NCBI GenBank assembly: GCA_964358645.1
Contig: CAYHPW010000005.1
Location: 18,663-82,662 of the forward strand
Direction: 5' to 3'
From: an uncultured Bacteriovoracaceae bacterium
GTDB taxonomy: Bacteria > Bdellovibrionota > UBA1018
DNA length: 64,000 bases
Below are positions 29,210-39,595 of this stretch, piece by piece. Position 1 is the stretch's first letter; every line of letters begins with the position of its first letter. The position numbers and the translations under genes are program-made. Under the pieces are notes generated by a model, which made no database searches, was not told the DNA's origin, and saw only the letters and a list, made by a program, of their open reading frames with translations.

Positions 29210-29797
29210 ATGGCAAGAGCGGTGTTATGTCTTCTTTTAATAAGCTTTTTATCAACTCATGCTTACCCATTAGAGAAATCAACACCCAAACAGGTTAACA
29301 AACTACGTACTAAAACAAAAAAACCTAAAATGCCTTCTCCGGAAATCCCTAAAGAACCCACCGTTCCAGCCCAGCTCCCAGCACCCGTCACAATGGATAT
29401 CTTCACTTGTGAACGCCGATTTTTATACCATGGCAAGGAATTAAATTGTGATTCGAATGTTCGTCAAGACGGGGAGAGATTGCGGCCCATAATAAGCAGT
29501 GTGCCGGATGCTGTCGCTGAGCTTGATGCTTATCAAAGGAACAAACAAAGAATAAGGATAGCCGCTTATGCGGGTACGCTTGGCTTGGCAACCGCCATAG
29601 GTGGATTTTTTATATATAAGCAGGAAAGTCATCCTCTTGTGATAGCCGGCGCAGGTGTCGCAACAGGCAGCTTGATATATGGCCTTACTACACTAAGGCA
29701 CAACGAAACGCACTTGATAAACGCAGTGAATATTTACAATAATCACCATCCCGGGGACGTAATAGAGTTACAGTTCACTGCTGAAATTCCACCTTAA
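29210..29797 (+). CDS. Hypothetical exported/membrane protein
   Basis: Signal peptide, Lys/Pro-rich linker, a Cys pair and two Gly-rich hydrophobic segments. Confidence 0.6.
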   Translation: MARAVLCLLLISFLSTHAYPLEKSTPKQVNKLRTKTKKPKMPSPEIPKEPTVPAQLPAPVTMDIFTCERRFLYHGKELNCDSNVRQDGERLRPIISSVPDAVAELDAYQRNKQRIRIAAYAGTLGLATAIGGFFIYKQESHPLVIAGAGVATGSLIYGLTTLRHNETHLINAVNIYNNHHPGDVIELQFTAEIPP

Positions 29798-29810
29798 TGA
29801 GGTAAGCGAC

Positions 29811-32800
29811 ATGCCAAGGCGACAAGACATCCGGAAAGTATTATTAATCGGCAGTGGCCCGATAGTCATCGGTCAGGCATGTGAATTTGATTACTCAGGA
29901 ACACAAGCCCTAAAGGCCCTGAAGGAAGAAAACTTTGAAGTAATTCTCATAAATTCAAACCCAGCCACTATCATGACCGATCCGGATTTATCAGATCGTG
30001 TTTATATGGAACCACTTACTCCTGAGTTTGTAGAACGTATTATAATAAGTGAGAAACCTGATGCGTTGCTGCCCACTATGGGCGGTCAGACTGCCCTCAA
30101 TATAGCAATGGAACTTCACCAATCTGGGGTGTTGGATAGGCATGGCGTTAAAATGCTAGGCGCGACGCCGGATTCAATTCAGAAGTCAGAAAATCGAGAA
30201 ACTTTCAAAGCGGTCATGGCTTCAATCGGAGTGGAGTGCGCCAAAAGTGAGATCGCGAGAACCATTGACGATGGTCATAGAATACTCAAAGAACTCGGAT
30301 TGCCGCTTATTCTACGCCCGTCCTTCACCTTGGGTGGAGAAGGCGGAGGATTAGCGACAACAGAAAATGAATTCATTGCAAAGCTTGAACGCGCTCTATT
30401 TCTGTCACCGACTCGAGAGGTTTTGCTGGAGGAAAGCCTTCTGGGCTGGAAAGAATTTGAACTAGAGGTGGTACGTGACCGGAAGGACAATGTCATAATC
30501 GTATGTTCAATAGAAAATTTGGATCCAATGGGTGTGCATACCGGAGACAGCATAACGGTTGCCCCGGCCCAAACACTTACTGACCGCGAATATCAAAACC
30601 TTAGAAATCAGTCCATACGCATCATCCGTGCTATTGGTGTGGAAACCGGTGGCTCTAATATACAATTCGCCGTCAATCCGCAAAACGGACGGGTGATTGT
30701 CATCGAAATGAACCCGAGGGTATCACGCTCAAGCGCTCTGGCATCTAAAGCGACAGGTTTTCCGATCGCTCGCGTGGCCACAAAGCTTGCCGTCGGGTAC
30801 AGCCTAGATGAGCTTACCAACGATATTACCGGCACGACCCCGTGCAGTTTTGAACCAAGCATAGACTATGTCGTTACAAAAATACCAAGATTTGATTTTG
30901 AGAAATTCAGGCCAACACAACCGATCCTGACGACCCAAATGAAGTCCGTCGGGGAGGTAATGGCCATCGGACATACTTTCGAGGAATCTCTTGGAAAAGC
31001 ATTGGCCAGCCTGGAAACCGATGCCACTTGGCTAGTACCTCTGGAACGACATAATAATGTCCCACAGTGGGATCTTATTGAATACCCACACCCGAAACGG
31101 CTTTGGGCAATCGCCGACGCCTTGAGGCTAAATATTGATAGCAGTGAAATTGCCGCTAGGTCTCATATCGATAAATGGTTCATTGATCGCATCAAGTTAA
31201 TGTTGGATTGCGAAAAAATACTATTATCCCGGGAGTGGCCTTTGGAGCCTGCTGAACTAAGAAGAATAAAATCTTTAGGGTGGACGGATAAAGCCATAGC
31301 CGGTTTGTTGTTAAAACAGGAAGAAGAAATCCGTACACAGCGTGAGTTGTCTGATGTCCACGCGGGATACCACTGTGTTGACACCTGCGCTGCAGAATTT
31401 GAAGCAAAGACACCTTATCTTTACAGTAGCTACACAGGCGAAGACGAATCAAGACCGTCCTCGGCTCAAAAGGTAATGATACTTGGGGGTGGACCGAACC
31501 GTATAGGACAGGGGATAGAGTTTGATTATTGTTGTGTTCACGCGGCCATGGAATTGCGCAAGTTGGGGATAGAAACGATCATGGTCAACTCGAACCCGGA
31601 AACCGTGAGCACTGACTTTGACATTTCAGACAGGTTGTATTTCGAGCCGCTCACTCCCGAACATGTCCTCAACATCGCAAAAACGGAGCGCCCACTGGGT
31701 GTGATAGTCCAATTTGGCGGCCAAACCCCCCTTAAGATAGCCAAAGCGCTGGAATGTGGGGGTATGAGAATTTTAGGTACCTCGGTGTCCAGCATAGATT
31801 TAGCGGAAGACAGAGAAAAATTCGATGAACTAGTCAAGGATCTAAAACCACTGAACCTCAAGCAACCAGAATCTGCAATTGCAAGAACAGCAGAGGAAGC
31901 AATGGAATGTGCAAAGCATTTGGGTTATCCGGTTCTTGTCAGACCTTCGTACGTTCTTGGTGGCAAAGGAATGCGCATAGTTCGCAATGATATAGACATG
32001 AATCAATGGATTCATGAGGCTATACATGTAAGTGATACACACCCAGTGCTCATTGATAGCTTTCTTGATCGCGCCACGGAAGTTGATGTCGATGCAATCA
32101 GTGACGGCCATGACACTTTTATTGGCGGACTTATGGAGCACATCGAGGAGGCCGGCATCCATTCCGGTGACAGCGCCTGTAGTCTACCGCCAGTCACGTT
32201 GTCTGTCGCTGTTTGTGACAGGATCCGTACCTTTACCCGCGAGCTCGCGAAACGGTTGAAAGTTATAGGATTAATGAATGTACAGTTCGCGGTTCAGGGG
32301 GATGATATTTTCCTGCTTGAGGTGAATCCTAGAGCATCACGCACTGTTCCGTTCGTCAGCAAGGCGATAGGCAAGCCACTGGCGAGAATTGCGATTAAAG
32401 TGATGCTTGGGAAATCACTTCACGATCTCGGGATACGTGAAGATCTGGACACGAAACTGACGACATTCAACGTAAAAGCGCCAGTTTTTCCTTTCAGTAA
32501 ATTTCCAGGCGTTGACGTTTTACTCGGACCTGAAATGAAATCGACAGGGGAAGTCATGGGTAGAGGCCGCTCCTTTGCTGAAGCTTATGCAAAGGCTATG
32601 TTGGCGGCAGGATCGCCGCTCCCACAATCCGGCACCGTTTTTCTTTCAATAAGGAACGAGGATAAGGCTGAGATTCTGCCAATAGCAAAACGCCTTAAGG
32701 ACATGGGGTTTAACCTTTGCGCGACCTCAGGAACCGCGGACTTTCTAAACAACCATGATTTAGGCTCTTCCAGAATCAACAAAGTTAAAGAAGGGTCCCC

Positions 32801-33020
32801 GCACTGTGTGGAATCAATTAAGGAAGGTAAATTCGCAATCGTTATAAATACAGTATCCGATGAGCAAGCGGTTAAGGATAGTTTCTCGATAAGGAGAGCC
32901 GCACTGGAAAGAAAAATACCATACAGCACTGTTGTATCCGCCGCTAGAGCCATGATAGAAGCTATACACTTCCGACGCGATGGCCCGCTCGAGATATTGC
33001 CGCTACAAAAGGAAGGTTAA
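29811..33020 (+). CDS. carB: Carbamoyl-phosphate synthase large subunit
   Basis: [18 protein letters not shown], duplicated ATP-grasp domains, [15 protein letters not shown] and an MGS-like C-terminus. Confidence 0.99.
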   Translation: MPRRQDIRKVLLIGSGPIVIGQACEFDYSGTQALKALKEENFEVILINSNPATIMTDPDLSDRVYMEPLTPEFVERIIISEKPDALLPTMGGQTALNIAMELHQSGVLDRHGVKMLGATPDSIQKSENRETFKAVMASIGVECAKSEIARTIDDGHRILKELGLPLILRPSFTLGGEGGGLATTENEFIAKLERALFLSPTREVLLEESLLGWKEFELEVVRDRKDNVIIVCSIENLDPMGVHTGDSITVAPAQTLTDREYQNLRNQSIRIIRAIGVETGGSNIQFAVNPQNGRVIVIEMNPRVSRSSALASKATGFPIARVATKLAVGYSLDELTNDITGTTPCSFEPSIDYVVTKIPRFDFEKFRPTQPILTTQMKSVGEVMAIGHTFEESLGKALASLETDATWLVPLERHNNVPQWDLIEYPHPKRLWAIADALRLNIDSSEIAARSHIDKWFIDRIKLMLDCEKILLSREWPLEPAELRRIKSLGWTDKAIAGLLLKQEEEIRTQRELSDVHAGYHCVDTCAAEFEAKTPYLYSSYTGEDESRPSSAQKVMILGGGPNRIGQGIEFDYCCVHAAMELRKLGIETIMVNSNPETVSTDFDISDRLYFEPLTPEHVLNIAKTERPLGVIVQFGGQTPLKIAKALECGGMRILGTSVSSIDLAEDREKFDELVKDLKPLNLKQPESAIARTAEEAMECAKHLGYPVLVRPSYVLGGKGMRIVRNDIDMNQWIHEAIHVSDTHPVLIDSFLDRATEVDVDAISDGHDTFIGGLMEHIEEAGIHSGDSACSLPPVTLSVAVCDRIRTFTRELAKRLKVIGLMNVQFAVQGDDIFLLEVNPRASRTVPFVSKAIGKPLARIAIKVMLGKSLHDLGIREDLDTKLTTFNVKAPVFPFSKFPGVDVLLGPEMKSTGEVMGRGRSFAEAYAKAMLAAGSPLPQSGTVFLSIRNEDKAEILPIAKRLKDMGFNLCATSGTADFLNNHDLGSSRINKVKEGSPHCVESIKEGKFAIVINTVSDEQAVKDSFSIRRAALERKIPYSTVVSAARAMIEAIHFRRDGPLEILPLQKEG

Positions 33021-33021
33021 A

Positions 33022-33318
33022 ATGTCAAATCTCAAAAACGGTAACTGCTGGAATTGTAAAACCGAACTGTCCGAACTCGAGTATGGGAGAGGTGACACCT
33101 GTAGAAAATGTGGAAGAGACACAAAAACCTGCAAAGGATGCAAGTTTTTCTACCCTTCATTCAATAACGAATGCCGTGAATCACAGGCCGAAAGGGTTCT
33201 TGACAAAGAACGCTCGAATTTTTGTGATTATTTCCAGCCAAGATCATCAACCTCCACCAGTGGTCCATCCGCCGAATCTATAAAATCTGCCGCCGAAAGT
33301 CTTTTCAAGAAAAACTAA
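33022..33318 (+). CDS. Small Cys-rich (8 Cys) putative metal-binding protein
   Basis: ATG 33022 follows the carB stop. CWNC, CRKC, CKGC, then C...NFCDYF. Confidence 0.75.
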   Translation: MSNLKNGNCWNCKTELSELEYGRGDTCRKCGRDTKTCKGCKFFYPSFNNECRESQAERVLDKERSNFCDYFQPRSSTSTSGPSAESIKSAAESLFKKN

Positions 33319-33382
33319 GATTACAACTAATGATCCCGCACCATTCTTGCATTCCAAATTAATTATGTTAGCAGTGTTAGCT

Positions 33383-33874
33383 ATGGCTGAAGGAAAATTT
33401 TCTGATAAAATACCGATGACCGTTAATGGCAAGAGGCTGCTGGATGAAGAACTCAAACAGCTGATGTCAGTTGAGCGACCGAGCGTGATAAAAGCTATCG
33501 AGACCGCTCGTGGACATGGTGACCTATCAGAAAATGCTGACTATTCAGCTGCAAAAGAACGGCAAAGCTTTATCGAGGGCCGCATACAAGAATTGAACGG
33601 CAAGCTCGCAAGAGCGCAGATTATCAACCCATCATCCATAAAATCTAACAATGTCGTTTTTGGAGCCACAGTACATCTTGAAGAGCAAGATACTGGCAAG
33701 CAAACTGTTTATCAAATCGTAGGGGTCGATGAGGCGAACATAAAAAACGGCAAGATCGGTATCACATCACCGATCGCAAGAGCTCTCATAGGCAAAACTT
33801 CCGGAGACGAAGTGGTGGTCAATGCTCCCAAGGGACAGATTCGATACGACATCATCAAAATATCGTACGAATAG
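33383..33874 (+). CDS. greA: Transcription elongation factor GreA
   Basis: IPMT..G, AR.HGDLSENADY, V.FGA.V, YQIVG.DEA, SPIARAL.GK. Start ATG 33383 preferred. Confidence 0.97.
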   Translation: MAEGKFSDKIPMTVNGKRLLDEELKQLMSVERPSVIKAIETARGHGDLSENADYSAAKERQSFIEGRIQELNGKLARAQIINPSSIKSNNVVFGATVHLEEQDTGKQTVYQIVGVDEANIKNGKIGITSPIARALIGKTSGDEVVVNAPKGQIRYDIIKISYE

Positions 33875-36029
33875 CGGTTCAGGTACAAAGACCTCTGTTC
33901 AATACGTAAAAGGTGTCGGACCTTACATAGGAGGGATACTGCGTAACCGCGGGATCAATACCGTACGGGATCTCTTGTTTTTTTTTCCAAGAGCCTACGA
34001 GGATAGGAGCAAGTTTTTCCGTATTAATGAACTTGAAGTAAATAATAAAGCGACAATTGCAGCTCAGGTTCTCTCAATAAGACGCATACCAGCAAGACAA
34101 CCTGGCCGGTATTTTCTTGATGTACGTTGCGGAGATACAAGTGGCTCAATAACGCTCAAATGGTTCAATGTTCCCAGGGGCCTTGAATGCAGGTTAAAAC
34201 TAGGAAGTCAGATAATCGCAACGGGGACGGTGAAATCATACATGGGGCGGCCAGAAATGGCGCATCCTGAACTATCTTCTGGATTAATCGATCCAGAACA
34301 GCCGAATGTTGGCCGGGTAGTCCCGGTTTATACTGAGATCGACGGGATCCCAAGCCGCACCATCAGAAAAATACTGTGGGAAGCTTTACGTAAATATGCC
34401 TCAGAGCTTGAAGACGATATCCCAGTTGATTATATACAGGCGCACAGATTGCCGCCTATTTCTGAATCTGTAAAAAAAATACACTTTCCAGATGAAAATG
34501 GCCAAGATGCCATCAATGCTCTTGTCAATTTCAATACACCTTTTCATCACAGGCTTATTTACGAGGAATTCTTTAAATTTGAATATTTAATTTTGCGCCA
34601 ACGCCTTCGCATAGAAAAAGAGCATTCAACTGCGTTTGAAATTTTAAAATCACGCCAATCAGCTCTAGAAGCAGAAAATGGCCTGCCATTTATGCTAACA
34701 GAAGGGCAACGAAAAACCGTCACCGAAATTTTATCCGATATTTCACTTCCGCATCCAATGAATAGACTAGTCCAAGGCGATGTGGGGTGCGGTAAAACGG
34801 CGGTTGCATTTATTGCAACAGGTTGTGTGCTTTCGGCCGGAGGCCAAGCCACACTGATGGCCCCCACCGAGATACTGGCCGAACAGCATTATAAAAATGC
34901 ATTGGAATTTTTCAGCAAAACTTTATCGTTTTCCGTTGAACTGCTGACCGGCAAGACATCTCAAAGTGAGCGCTCACGAATTCAGAGCAGCCTTGCACGT
35001 GGAGTACCCATGCTTCTTATTGGCACGCACGCCCTTCTCGAAGATGTGGTTGTTTTCCAAAAACTGGACTTGGTCATAATTGATGAACAACATCGTTTTG
35101 GCGTGGAACAACGCAGGAAGCTACGTCAAAAAGGCGGAAGACTGGACACGGTTTCCAGCCGCATGTTTTATCCTCACACTCTTGTAATTAGCGCGACTCC
35201 AATACCGCGTACATTGGCTTTAACGGTGTATGGAGACCTATCCGTCAGCAGCATACATGAATTGCCAGCCGGCCGTCCGCCGATCACAACCATGGTGGCT
35301 TCAAACAGAGCTGAAAAAATACAGGCTTACAATAAGATTAGAGAGGAGCTTGTTGCTGGCCACCAGGCATATTTCATTTACCCGCTTATAACTGACAGCG
35401 ACGTGGATGGCTTTAAACAACTAAAATCCGTCATGGCTGAAGCAAAAAGGCTGGAAGAGGATGTTTTTCAGGAATTCAAAGTAGGCCTTTTGCACGGACA
35501 ACTCAAACCAGATCAGAAATCCAGCATTATGGAAGATTTTAAACACAAACTAATTCATATCCTGGTTTCAACCACGGTTGTAGAAGTTGGAGTTGATATT
35601 CCAAATGCAACAGTAATAGTTATAGAAAACGCTGAGCGATTCGGTCTTTCACAATTACACCAGCTAAGGGGACGCGTCGGTCGTGGAATCCTGCAGTCAT
35701 ATTGTTTTCTTTTTGCCGACAGCACAACTGGTGAAGTGGCTGCGCATCGGCTTGGAGTCCTGGAAAAAATAGCAGACGGCTTTGAAATCGCTGAAGCCGA
35801 TCTAAAAATAAGGGGGCCTGGTGAATTTCTCGGCACGAAACAATCCGGAGATTGGCCGTTTAAAATAGCGGATCTGGTTCGTGATCGTGAATGGCTGATT
35901 AAAGCGAGGAACGATGCTTTAAAAGTTCTTAAAGATGACGAAGAATTACAAAAAGTCGAACACTACAATCTCAGGCGCTATTATCAAAACGATGGCGCCC
36001 TACATTTGGATAGATTTAAAACGTCTTAA
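33822..36029 (+). CDS. recG: ATP-dependent DNA helicase RecG
   Basis: Wedge/OB domain, QGDVGCGKT, APTEILAEQH, IDEQHRFG, SATPIPRT, QLRGRVGR, RGPGEFLGTKQSG. Confidence 0.98.
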   Translation: MLPRDRFDTTSSKYRTNSGSGTKTSVQYVKGVGPYIGGILRNRGINTVRDLLFFFPRAYEDRSKFFRINELEVNNKATIAAQVLSIRRIPARQPGRYFLDVRCGDTSGSITLKWFNVPRGLECRLKLGSQIIATGTVKSYMGRPEMAHPELSSGLIDPEQPNVGRVVPVYTEIDGIPSRTIRKILWEALRKYASELEDDIPVDYIQAHRLPPISESVKKIHFPDENGQDAINALVNFNTPFHHRLIYEEFFKFEYLILRQRLRIEKEHSTAFEILKSRQSALEAENGLPFMLTEGQRKTVTEILSDISLPHPMNRLVQGDVGCGKTAVAFIATGCVLSAGGQATLMAPTEILAEQHYKNALEFFSKTLSFSVELLTGKTSQSERSRIQSSLARGVPMLLIGTHALLEDVVVFQKLDLVIIDEQHRFGVEQRRKLRQKGGRLDTVSSRMFYPHTLVISATPIPRTLALTVYGDLSVSSIHELPAGRPPITTMVASNRAEKIQAYNKIREELVAGHQAYFIYPLITDSDVDGFKQLKSVMAEAKRLEEDVFQEFKVGLLHGQLKPDQKSSIMEDFKHKLIHILVSTTVVEVGVDIPNATVIVIENAERFGLSQLHQLRGRVGRGILQSYCFLFADSTTGEVAAHRLGVLEKIADGFEIAEADLKIRGPGEFLGTKQSGDWPFKIADLVRDREWLIKARNDALKVLKDDEELQKVEHYNLRRYYQNDGALHLDRFKTS

Positions 36030-36117
36030 TATTATTTAACAATATATCATTTTAGTTTAGTAAGGCCGCTACTAGATGTAAAATAATATCAATAATTTTA
36101 GTATGTTAGGTATCCTG

Positions 36118-36174
36118 CAAATAAGTTACGGTGCAAGCGACTTATTTGACCCTCTTAATGCTTAGCGTTATGAT
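36118..36174 (+). promoter_or_regulatory. Sigma70 promoter with an overlapping palindromic operator
   Basis: TTGACC(36146)-N17-TATGAT(36169). The inverted repeat CAAATAAGT-N13-ACTTATTTG (36118-36148) overlaps the -35. Confidence 0.65.
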
Positions 36175-36182
36175 TAATAAAT

Positions 36183-36626
36183 ATGGTTGGATCATTGAAG
36201 CGCCCCAGAGTGGTTGGGCGTTTCATAAGAGAGCGACGAGAAAACTTGGGTCTTTCGCAGAAAGCCTTAGGATTGCTTTTCACCCCAGCCGTTACGACAC
36301 AGTTTATTTCAAATATTGAGCGGGGCGTGACGCCACTGCCTCCCGTCCATGTCACAACGTTAAGCAAGGCATTGCAGGTCAGTGGAGCTGAACTCTTGGC
36401 CATGCTTGAACGCGAATATTCAGTAAGATTATCAAATCAGATGGGATTGGCAGAGGATAACAAATGCAGTGCTATTTATTGTGCGGATGAAATATCCATC
36501 GGTATACATCGTGTCGACTATGAATTCATGAACATGGTTTACAAAGCCTACAAAGATGCCGACACGGACACGAAACAGATGTTCGCAGCGACATGCGAAA
36601 ACATCTTTAGAATTTCTAAAAAATAG
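36183..36626 (+). CDS. XRE/Cro-type HTH transcriptional regulator
   Basis: VGRFIRERRENLGLSQKALG...TTQFISNIERG. Confidence 0.88.
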   Translation: MVGSLKRPRVVGRFIRERRENLGLSQKALGLLFTPAVTTQFISNIERGVTPLPPVHVTTLSKALQVSGAELLAMLEREYSVRLSNQMGLAEDNKCSAIYCADEISIGIHRVDYEFMNMVYKAYKDADTDTKQMFAATCENIFRISKK

Positions 36627-36660
36627 CCTAGTGTAAGCTGATAAAGTATCATTTTTTGTT

Positions 36661-37641
36661 ATGACCACAGATCTACCAAAGAAACCACGGCCATCCGGTT
36701 TCCGGAAAAAAAGTGCGAATCCAGACAGCTCATCCGTGCGCCACGGCTATGTAAAAAGTTTTGATAATACTAAACTCTTCTTTAGTATTGAGGGCAAAGG
36801 CAAACCAATTGTATTTTGCTATGGATTGGTTTGCTCGAGCCTCCATTGGACGTACCAGATAGATTATTTTAAACGCTCCCACAAAGCCGTTTGGTTTGAT
36901 TACAGGGGGCATAACAACTCAGAAACACCTGTTGATCTGAAAAGCCTGACATTAGAAAATTTAGCACGCGATTTGGGTTCCGTTCTCGATGAGTTAAAAA
37001 TTGATAACGCTGTTTTGCTTGGTCACAGCATGGGAGTCAATGTGGTGTTAGACTTTTACAAGAAAAATCCAAAACGCGTAGCCGGGTTGATTCTGGCAAA
37101 CGGAACAGCGCAAAGACCGCTCGAAACTATTCTCAGGCACAATGCGCTCCAAAGTTTATTCAAAGGCCTGCGAAGGGCATATGAAACAGCACCGGACTTG
37201 GTCACCATTCTTTGGAGAATGCAGAGAAATGCTCCATTTACACGAACACTGATAAAAATACTTGGTTTTAACCCACATCTGGCCGCCCCGGAAGATGTTA
37301 ATCTGTATCTTAAGGAAGTATCCGAGATGGATCCGGCGATATTTCTAAATTTAATTGAAAATTATGACAACTACGATGCCACATCATGGTTACATACGAT
37401 CAAATGCCCGACTTTAGTCATCGCTGGTCGCAGTGACAAGATCATTCCACTGGAACAGCAGGAGTTGCTCCATCAGCTGATACCAAACAGCCAGCTTGAA
37501 GTGGTGTTCCACGGCAGTCATTGTCCTCAGATGGATCTTCCTGACCAGGTAAATCTCAGAATAGAAAAATTTCTAAGCAGCATTAACTACGGCTTAAGCG
37601 CCAATCCGACCATGGAAACCGCCAGTCTATCCACTGTGTAG
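36661..37641 (+). CDS. Alpha/beta-fold hydrolase
   Basis: DYRGH, nucleophile elbow GHSMG, PTLVIAG..D and catalytic His in GSHCPQ. Confidence 0.92.
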   Translation: MTTDLPKKPRPSGFRKKSANPDSSSVRHGYVKSFDNTKLFFSIEGKGKPIVFCYGLVCSSLHWTYQIDYFKRSHKAVWFDYRGHNNSETPVDLKSLTLENLARDLGSVLDELKIDNAVLLGHSMGVNVVLDFYKKNPKRVAGLILANGTAQRPLETILRHNALQSLFKGLRRAYETAPDLVTILWRMQRNAPFTRTLIKILGFNPHLAAPEDVNLYLKEVSEMDPAIFLNLIENYDNYDATSWLHTIKCPTLVIAGRSDKIIPLEQQELLHQLIPNSQLEVVFHGSHCPQMDLPDQVNLRIEKFLSSINYGLSANPTMETASLSTV

Positions 37642-39595
37642 CATCAATGCCCTGATCAACCAACAATCTCCTGAGTGCGTCCATACAGATCTGGCCGTGG
37701 CATTTTCCCTCTCCAATATGAGTCAAAGAAATCACTCCTTCCACTGACTGTAGCTTGCCTTGCTTTAACTTTGACAACACCTCTTGGCGCGAAATCTCTA
37801 GACACTGGCATATTACATCATCATTCCCTCCGTGCACGTTCATGTGTCCTCCAGCATGCGTACGGGAGATTTGTCGCGGTAGTGACAATTTCATATTCAT
37901 GCCGCGCCTAATGTTAGTTTGGCATGCGTTGGTTTTTATTCCATCGACATGAACTTCGCATAACCCGCAACTTCCATCACCACAACCCAGCATATCAGTC
38001 TTGCGACTTTGGCCAACTTCGTACAAAGCAGTCGAAACCGGTATACGTTCACGGACCAGTCTTTTTTCACCGTTAATAGTAACTTCAACTTTTCGCTCAA
38101 CGGCTTGAGAAAAATCGCTGACAGTAGAAAGATAAGCCTGTTCAACAAGCTGGCGATGTTTTTTTATGCCACGAGCTTCCCACAGAATGTGCGTAGGAAT
38201 GTCTAAGTAAATTATTTTTTTCTCCATTACTTCAATATCTGATGAATCATCAATTTTAACAGCCTTAACCGCATTAATGCGCCCAGAACCAAGAGTTTCG
38301 CCCCTGCGGTTCAACATGATTCTAGAATCACCAATGGCAAAAGGTTGCGGCCCATCTACGTAAGGTAGCGCTAAAGACGACATAGAACGATCATCAGATT
38401 CCTTAAGCATCACTATTGCCGAACTTGGGCAAGACACAACACACACACCGCAGCCAGTACACTTGGATTCATTTAAAGCCACTCTGTAACCAATTGCAGA
38501 CTCAGGACAGACCTCATGGCATATGGAACAAGGTATGTCCTCAAAACATTCAATGGATGCAATCATTCGATGCTTTTGCGCATTTTTGGGTACCCCAGTA
38601 AAAAGGCGCATGTGCTTCATATCTTCGGAAGCTATCCATTTACCCTGGTATACGGGTGTAAAGGGATTTTCCAAATGCCTTACGTGTCGCTTTAAGCGGC
38701 TCCGCGCTCGCCTATTTAGCCGTTCTATCTCATCACGTTGAATCCCAAGCTCCTCTACTAGAAGCCGTGAGATCTTTGACCCGAGCATCCTTCCACGCTC
38801 TTCCTCCAATACCCATCCCTCAACATCATCTTCACGCCTCTGCTTTGCAGTTTGCTCCAATTCGAATAATAAAGAACCAGGAGGATATGCTCGGACTCCT
38901 GTTATTTCCAGAAACGGTCCAGCAGATACGACCTTGCCAACTTCGAATGTGATTTCGCTCGATGTGATTGCATCAATAACCTTTAACTCCCACACAACTG
39001 GACTTTTTTGCGTAAGGCTGCTTGGCGTGCCTTCGATTATTTTTCCTTCGGCTGTTTCGAAACGGCGGCGCTCCACTTCCCAGCCTGCGAAGCGTTTTGC
39101 TCCCCATTGTGCGTAAGTTTCAATACAATACACTGCACTAACCAAACCGGATTCCAACAGAAAACTTCCAAATCTCAACCCCCTGTTGCCTGTGCCAAGA
39201 ATAGCTGTTGCAGGGTTCCAAAAAAAACTTGCCATGCTTTCCCTATCTTTTGCAAAATTCTCCGCTGTAGGAATGGGCAAAAGCCCCTCAGAGTACCAAC
39301 CCGCGAATGGATTAGGCAAAAAAGAAGGCATGCAAATACGCACTACCGATCTCGCATAAATCCTATGAATTCTGCGCTGCGGATCTTCTACCAAGACAAG
39401 GGCACCCGTTGCCGGAAGAGCTATCACCCCCCTGACAATTAACTGGCTACCACCGAACATACCCACATCAAGCCCGGCTTTGGTGCATATACTGGCAAGA
39501 GTGCGTGCTCCGACAGAAGGCCATATCGGATCATTAACGCGCGGACCAGCTACGATCGCAAGATCAAGCTTTCCTTCCCTGACATAAATTCCCAA
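37583..39595 (-). CDS. Multi-domain Fe-S/flavoprotein-like fusion (degenerate pyr_redox + 4Fe-4S dicluster + 2Fe-2S + BFD-like)
   Basis: ILGTGNRG; CFEDIPCSICHEVCP and CTGCGVCVVSCP; CGDGSCGLC...NAC; ICQC...GKCHGQIC. These resemble the domains of sarcosine/proline/opine dehydrogenase alpha and ferredoxin subunits. Confidence 0.7.
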   Translation of the reverse strand: MGIYVREGKLDLAIVAGPRVNDPIWPSVGARTLASICTKAGLDVGMFGGSQLIVRGVIALPATGALVLVEDPQRRIHRIYARSVVRICMPSFLPNPFAGWYSEGLLPIPTAENFAKDRESMASFFWNPATAILGTGNRGLRFGSFLLESGLVSAVYCIETYAQWGAKRFAGWEVERRRFETAEGKIIEGTPSSLTQKSPVVWELKVIDAITSSEITFEVGKVVSAGPFLEITGVRAYPPGSLLFELEQTAKQRREDDVEGWVLEEERGRMLGSKISRLLVEELGIQRDEIERLNRRARSRLKRHVRHLENPFTPVYQGKWIASEDMKHMRLFTGVPKNAQKHRMIASIECFEDIPCSICHEVCPESAIGYRVALNESKCTGCGVCVVSCPSSAIVMLKESDDRSMSSLALPYVDGPQPFAIGDSRIMLNRRGETLGSGRINAVKAVKIDDSSDIEVMEKKIIYLDIPTHILWEARGIKKHRQLVEQAYLSTVSDFSQAVERKVEVTINGEKRLVRERIPVSTALYEVGQSRKTDMLGCGDGSCGLCEVHVDGIKTNACQTNIRRGMNMKLSLPRQISRTHAGGHMNVHGGNDDVICQCLEISRQEVLSKLKQGKLQSVEGVISLTHIGEGKCHGQICMDALRRLLVDQGIDATQWIDWRFPWSDWRLSRS

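Noticed and set aside
33822-33874. greA/recG 53-bp overlap as a programmed frameshift or fusion
   Set aside because: Both genes are complete in their own frames, no slippery site is evident, and overlaps are common in this window.
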